A stretch of DNA of 64,000 nt, from assembly GCA_950097015.1 (NCBI GenBank), contig CATNEN010000029.1, positions 3,782,001 to 3,846,000 of the forward strand. Direction: 5' to 3'. The notes below the pieces were generated by a model, which was given only the letters and a program-made list of their open reading frames with translations, searched no databases and had not been told where the DNA came from. The stretch is from Macrostomum hystrix (taxonomy: Eukaryota; Animalia; Platyhelminthes). This document shows positions 59,532 through 64,000 of this stretch, piece after piece; positions within the stretch are counted from its first letter, which is position 1; every line of letters starts with the position of its first letter. The translations under genes and the position numbers were made by a program.

Positions 59532-60257
59532 TTTTTCCTACTAATAGTAAGCTATTTCTCATAGGATTTACTGCAGTTACTAATTGAAACGCTAAAGGCT
59601 AATATGACTGCTAAAGGACACAGATTGTTTCCTAAGGGCTAAGATTCGAACTCCCGACCTCTAGATAGGAAGGCCAAGGCTCAAACTCTTTTTGCTATAA
59701 GCTCCATAGAAAGTAAAAGTTCTCTTACAGATGCAAGGCGAAGTTTCAGCTCTGAGTCCTAGAGACCCACATTAATATGTAAAGTGTGTACATGTACTTC
59801 TGTGAGCAGTTTCCGTCTCAAACTGGCAAGCTCCGCTGCAGATCCTGGGCGCTCTCAGTCAGTCCGTTTTTCTCATCAGATGTCCATTCAGAATTATTGC
59901 CACATCCGACACTCCGGGCCGCTTTCTATTTCTCTTCTAACCCGTGCGGTAAGCCTGGAGGCACCCCTACATGGCTTCTCAGGGCCTTCTCAAGTCATGG
60001 GAAAATATAAATTAACCAACACTGGGGGAAGATGCCGGGCAGAATGGAGAAGCATATGTGCGCCAATAAGCCGCCACTGTGTACAGGCTCAAATGGTCGC
60101 ATAGCAGGGCCGGATCGCTAGGGCAGGCAAGCTAATAAGCTGACCCTGACTGCGCCGTGACTAGGAAGATAACACTAGCCACTGAAGCCTTCCATCTACC
60201 TGTCATCCACCTGTCAAGATGCTGAATGGATGTTAGCCAGGGCTCCACTGTTGACTA

Positions 60258-61150
<893 letters not shown>

Positions 61151-61433
61151 CGCCATATCCCTGCTTTCAGTAGAATAATTTAGGCCTGTGAGAATCGGCT
61201 GATTTCCAGGAAAATTCCGGGAATGTCCGTCAGTAAAACCTCAGTCAGAGTTCAAGGAGGAGGGACTTCTAGATCAAGAAACCGAATTTAGGGGTTAGTG
61301 GGGCCAGCTTGATGCCTTTGGGAGTAAACACACGAACTAGCTGCCCGATGGAGGATGATGGAGAAGTGGAGGCTGAAATGACTGCAAAACGGACTGGCCT
61401 GACCTCCCTCATCAACCCCCCCGGCCAGCGCAG

Positions 61434-61520
61434 GAACTGGTCATCAATCATTATTCATTGCCGCGCGCTCGCAGAGTGGAGAAGATCGAAGCTCAGCCTC
61501 AGGAGGAGCGAATCGTGCCT
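61434..61520 (+). CDS. Candidate exon (ELVINHYSLPRARRVEKIEAQPQEERIVP)
   Basis: Phase 0-0; donor GTGAGC at 61521; acceptor weak. Confidence 0.33.
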
Positions 61521-62046
61521 GTGAGCCAGATTTGCTAATCTGAGAGCTCCGGGCCGGCCGGCATGCCGCTTCCCTTATTTGCATTTCTCTGTGCCGCCTT
61601 TCTCTCTTCTCGGCCAACTCTTTTTTTCCTGCGGATTTTCAGCTCCTTGGCGATTCTGCCATTGATTGCTATTTCGGATATCGACGATTTTAACTATCGA
61701 GTCGTGACAACTTCTTGACAGCGACTGCGAAAAAGCCTTCATATAGATTATTTTTCTTCAATGATATAAAGCACTATTTCATGCCTGATTTCTACTTTGG
61801 GAAGTTTCTAGCTTCGGAAGATTCCAACTCGGGATGTTTCCCACCTAAAAAAAGTTTCATTCATAAAAATGTCTAGCTTAAGAAGCTCCAATTTTCGGGA
61901 AAATTTCAGGTTGGTAAGATTCTAGTTTGGGATGTTTCCCGCCTGGGAAGATTCCGACTCTTCCTAAAAAAGTTTCACCCAGTGAAATAACTTGCTTAAG
62001 AAGTTCCTAACTTTAGTAAGACTTTAGGTTGAGACACAGCTAAGGT

Positions 62047-62505
62047 CTCCAGCTTCGGAAGATTCCAGCTCAGGAAGATTCCAGTTTGGGAAGATTCCAG
62101 CTTAGGATGATTCCAGTTTGGGAAAATTCCAGCTTAGAAAGATTCCAGTTTGGAAGATTCCAGCTTAGGAAGATTCCAGCTTAGGAAGATTCCAGCTTAG
62201 GAAGATTCCAGCTCAGGAAGATTCCAGTTTGGGAAGATTCCAGCTTAGGATGATTCCAGTTTGGGAAAATTCCAGCTTAGAAAGATTCCAGTTTGGAAGA
62301 TTCCAGCTTAGGAAGATTCCAGCTTAGGAAGATTCCAGCTTAGGAAGATTCCAGCTCAGGAAGATTCCAGTTTGGGAAGATTCCAGCTTAGAAAGATTCC
62401 AGTTTGGAAGATTCCAGCTTAGGAAGATTCCAGCTTAGGAAGATTCCAGCTTAGGATGATTCCAGCTTGGGAAGATTCCTGTTTAAGAAGATTCCAGCTT
62501 AGGAA
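62047..62505 (+). repeat. Minisatellite, 16-bp unit CAGCTTAGGAAGATTC
   Basis: About 28 units; degenerate related sequence upstream from about 61790. Confidence 0.93.
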
Positions 62506-63132
62506 GCTATCGGGACAGTTCGATCCAAAGAACTGCTGTGTGGGAGAAATTGTGGAAAGGAAGGAATGACTTGGCGCCGGAACTTCGACGCAAAGTTAGC
62601 TAACTAAAATTGGGAGAGCGGGTCGAGGGCAGGGAGGAACTGCAGTTGCGAGTAACTCAGCCAAGGCAGGTGGCAGTCGGCGCGCATTTCTTATTCAATT
62701 TCGGGCCCTCTGCGGGGGGCTGCCGCCAAAGGAGGGACGGATTGGCCCACGATCGATAAGGGGATAGTGGGGGAGGCAGGGACAGCAAATATAAGTTTCG
62801 CATTTAATCGCTTACTCCTTCTCCTCGGCTACCCCCCCCCCCAGTGCCGCCCGAAGGCAAAGTGAATTTTCAGGCCGGGCCGCCCAGTTGACTAGAAGTT
62901 CTTCATCAACTTCGTCTGAGTCTGCGGACGCCCCAGTTGGTCGCTATCAGCATCCCCAATCCTTCCCATCTCGCTTCTTCACCCTTGCTCGGACTCTATT
63001 GGCTATTGGCCATCTCAAACAGCCGCTCACTCATCTCAAATAGCTCAGGCTGGTGGCGGATTTGCTCAACTGGAACTGGGGCCGTTTTCTCTAGAAATAA
63101 ATAATACTTGGGACAGAAACTGTAGGACACAG

Positions 63133-63541
63133 GCAAAGAGCGGACACGGGTCAACGGCTGCGGCAATGAGCAAGGCTGCCAGATCTCCTCTGCGCCTGGT
63201 GGCCAAGGCTCGCTTGGTCAGGCAGAAGGAGGTGCAAGACGGAGCCGCAAGCCATCACAATCCGCTGCTGAATAAAAGATTCCCCGGCGCCCGCCTGTCA
63301 GACCTGCAGGTTGAGAAGAGCCACACCTTGGCCGCTGCCAGCGCGTCGCCATTGCTGCAGGTCCGGCAGCAGCGCCGCTGTGTCACAGACCCGACCTCGG
63401 AGACCACATCTCCGCAGCAGGCGGAGAAGCTCAAAACTTTGGTCAGGCAGCGACAGGAGGACGCCACGGAGACCATGGACTGGGAATTCGTGCTCCAAGA
63501 GGCGCCGCAGCGAGTGTCCGTTAAAGTGCGGCTCATCACGC
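63133..63541 (+). CDS. Candidate exon of an unidentified gene (AKSGHGSTAAAMSKAARSPLRL...VSVKVRLIT)
   Basis: GC-rich 136-codon open frame (ATG at 63166); donor GTGAGT at 63542; missed by the ORF track because the frame stays open to the window end. Confidence 0.58.
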
Positions 63542-63564
63542 GTGAGTCAAATTGTCTGGAATGG

Positions 63565-64000
63565 AGGGTTCCCAGTCTCAGTGAGAGGATTCCCTGTCTC
63601 AGTGAGAGGATTCCCTGTCTCAGAGAGAGGATTCCCTGTCTCAGTGAGAGGATTCCCTGTCTCAGTGAGAGGATTCCAGAGAGAGGTTTTCCTGTCTCAG
63701 AGAGAGGATTCCCTGTCTCAGTGAGAGGATTCCCTGTCTCAGTGAGAGGATTCCCTGTCTCAGTGAGAGGATTCCCTGTCTCAGAGAGAGGATTCCCTGT
63801 CTCAGTGAGAGGATTCCCTGTCTCAGAGAGAGGATTCCCTGTCTCAGTGAGAGGATTCCCTGTCTCAGTGAGAGGATTCCCTGTCTCAGAGAGAGGATTC
63901 CCTGTCTCAGTGAGAGGATTCCCTGTCTCAGAGAGAGGATTCCCTGTCTCAGTGAGAGGATTCCCTGTCTCAGTGAGAGGATTCCCTGTCTCAGTGAGAG
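63565..64000 (+). repeat. Minisatellite, 21-bp unit CAGTGAGAGGATTCCCTGTCT (continues past window end)
   Basis: About 20 units starting about 25 nt after a donor site. Confidence 0.96.

Overview
This is eukaryotic (animal) genomic DNA: GC-rich exons with GT-AG introns, and roughly a third of the window occupied by about 34 minisatellite arrays. The style suggests a free-living flatworm such as Macrostomum, which is an inference from composition only. Three protein-coding genes are well supported. (1) A 3-exon TRP cation channel on + (join 11129-13378, 13717-14257, 15248-15966; about 1169 aa) with 5-6 N-terminal ankyrin repeats fused to a TRPM-type MHR4/S1-S6/TRP-helix half. (2) A multi-exon cytosolic carboxypeptidase of the CCP2/CCP3 (AGBL2/3) tubulin-deglutamylase type on + (20951 to at least 40377, probably to 44330 or beyond) with an intact M14 zinc site. 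(3) An intronless Shaw/Kv3-like potassium channel on - (30369-31781), nested in intron 3 of the CCP gene, with a degenerate S4 and S6 gate. Weaker calls are two orphan GC-rich ORFs and several orphan exons in 51-64 kb. Mobile DNA comprises two tRNA-headed SINE families (several copies, some with target-site duplications), fragments of a third tRNA-like repeat, and a hAT-type MITE filled with a minisatellite. Most long ORFs in the supplied track are artefacts of stop-free tandem repeats. I found no CRISPR array, rRNA, true tRNA gene or prokaryotic system, and I cannot claim a new system outright. The best leads are the ankyrin-TRPM hybrid channel, the nested putative regulatory Kv subunit, a 152-bp templated insertion with a snap-back junction, a start-codon minisatellite forming a chain of overlapping uORFs, and enrichment of TGAG/CTCA (splice-signal-like) cores in unrelated minisatellite units. 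All exon models were read by eye and need RNA-seq confirmation.
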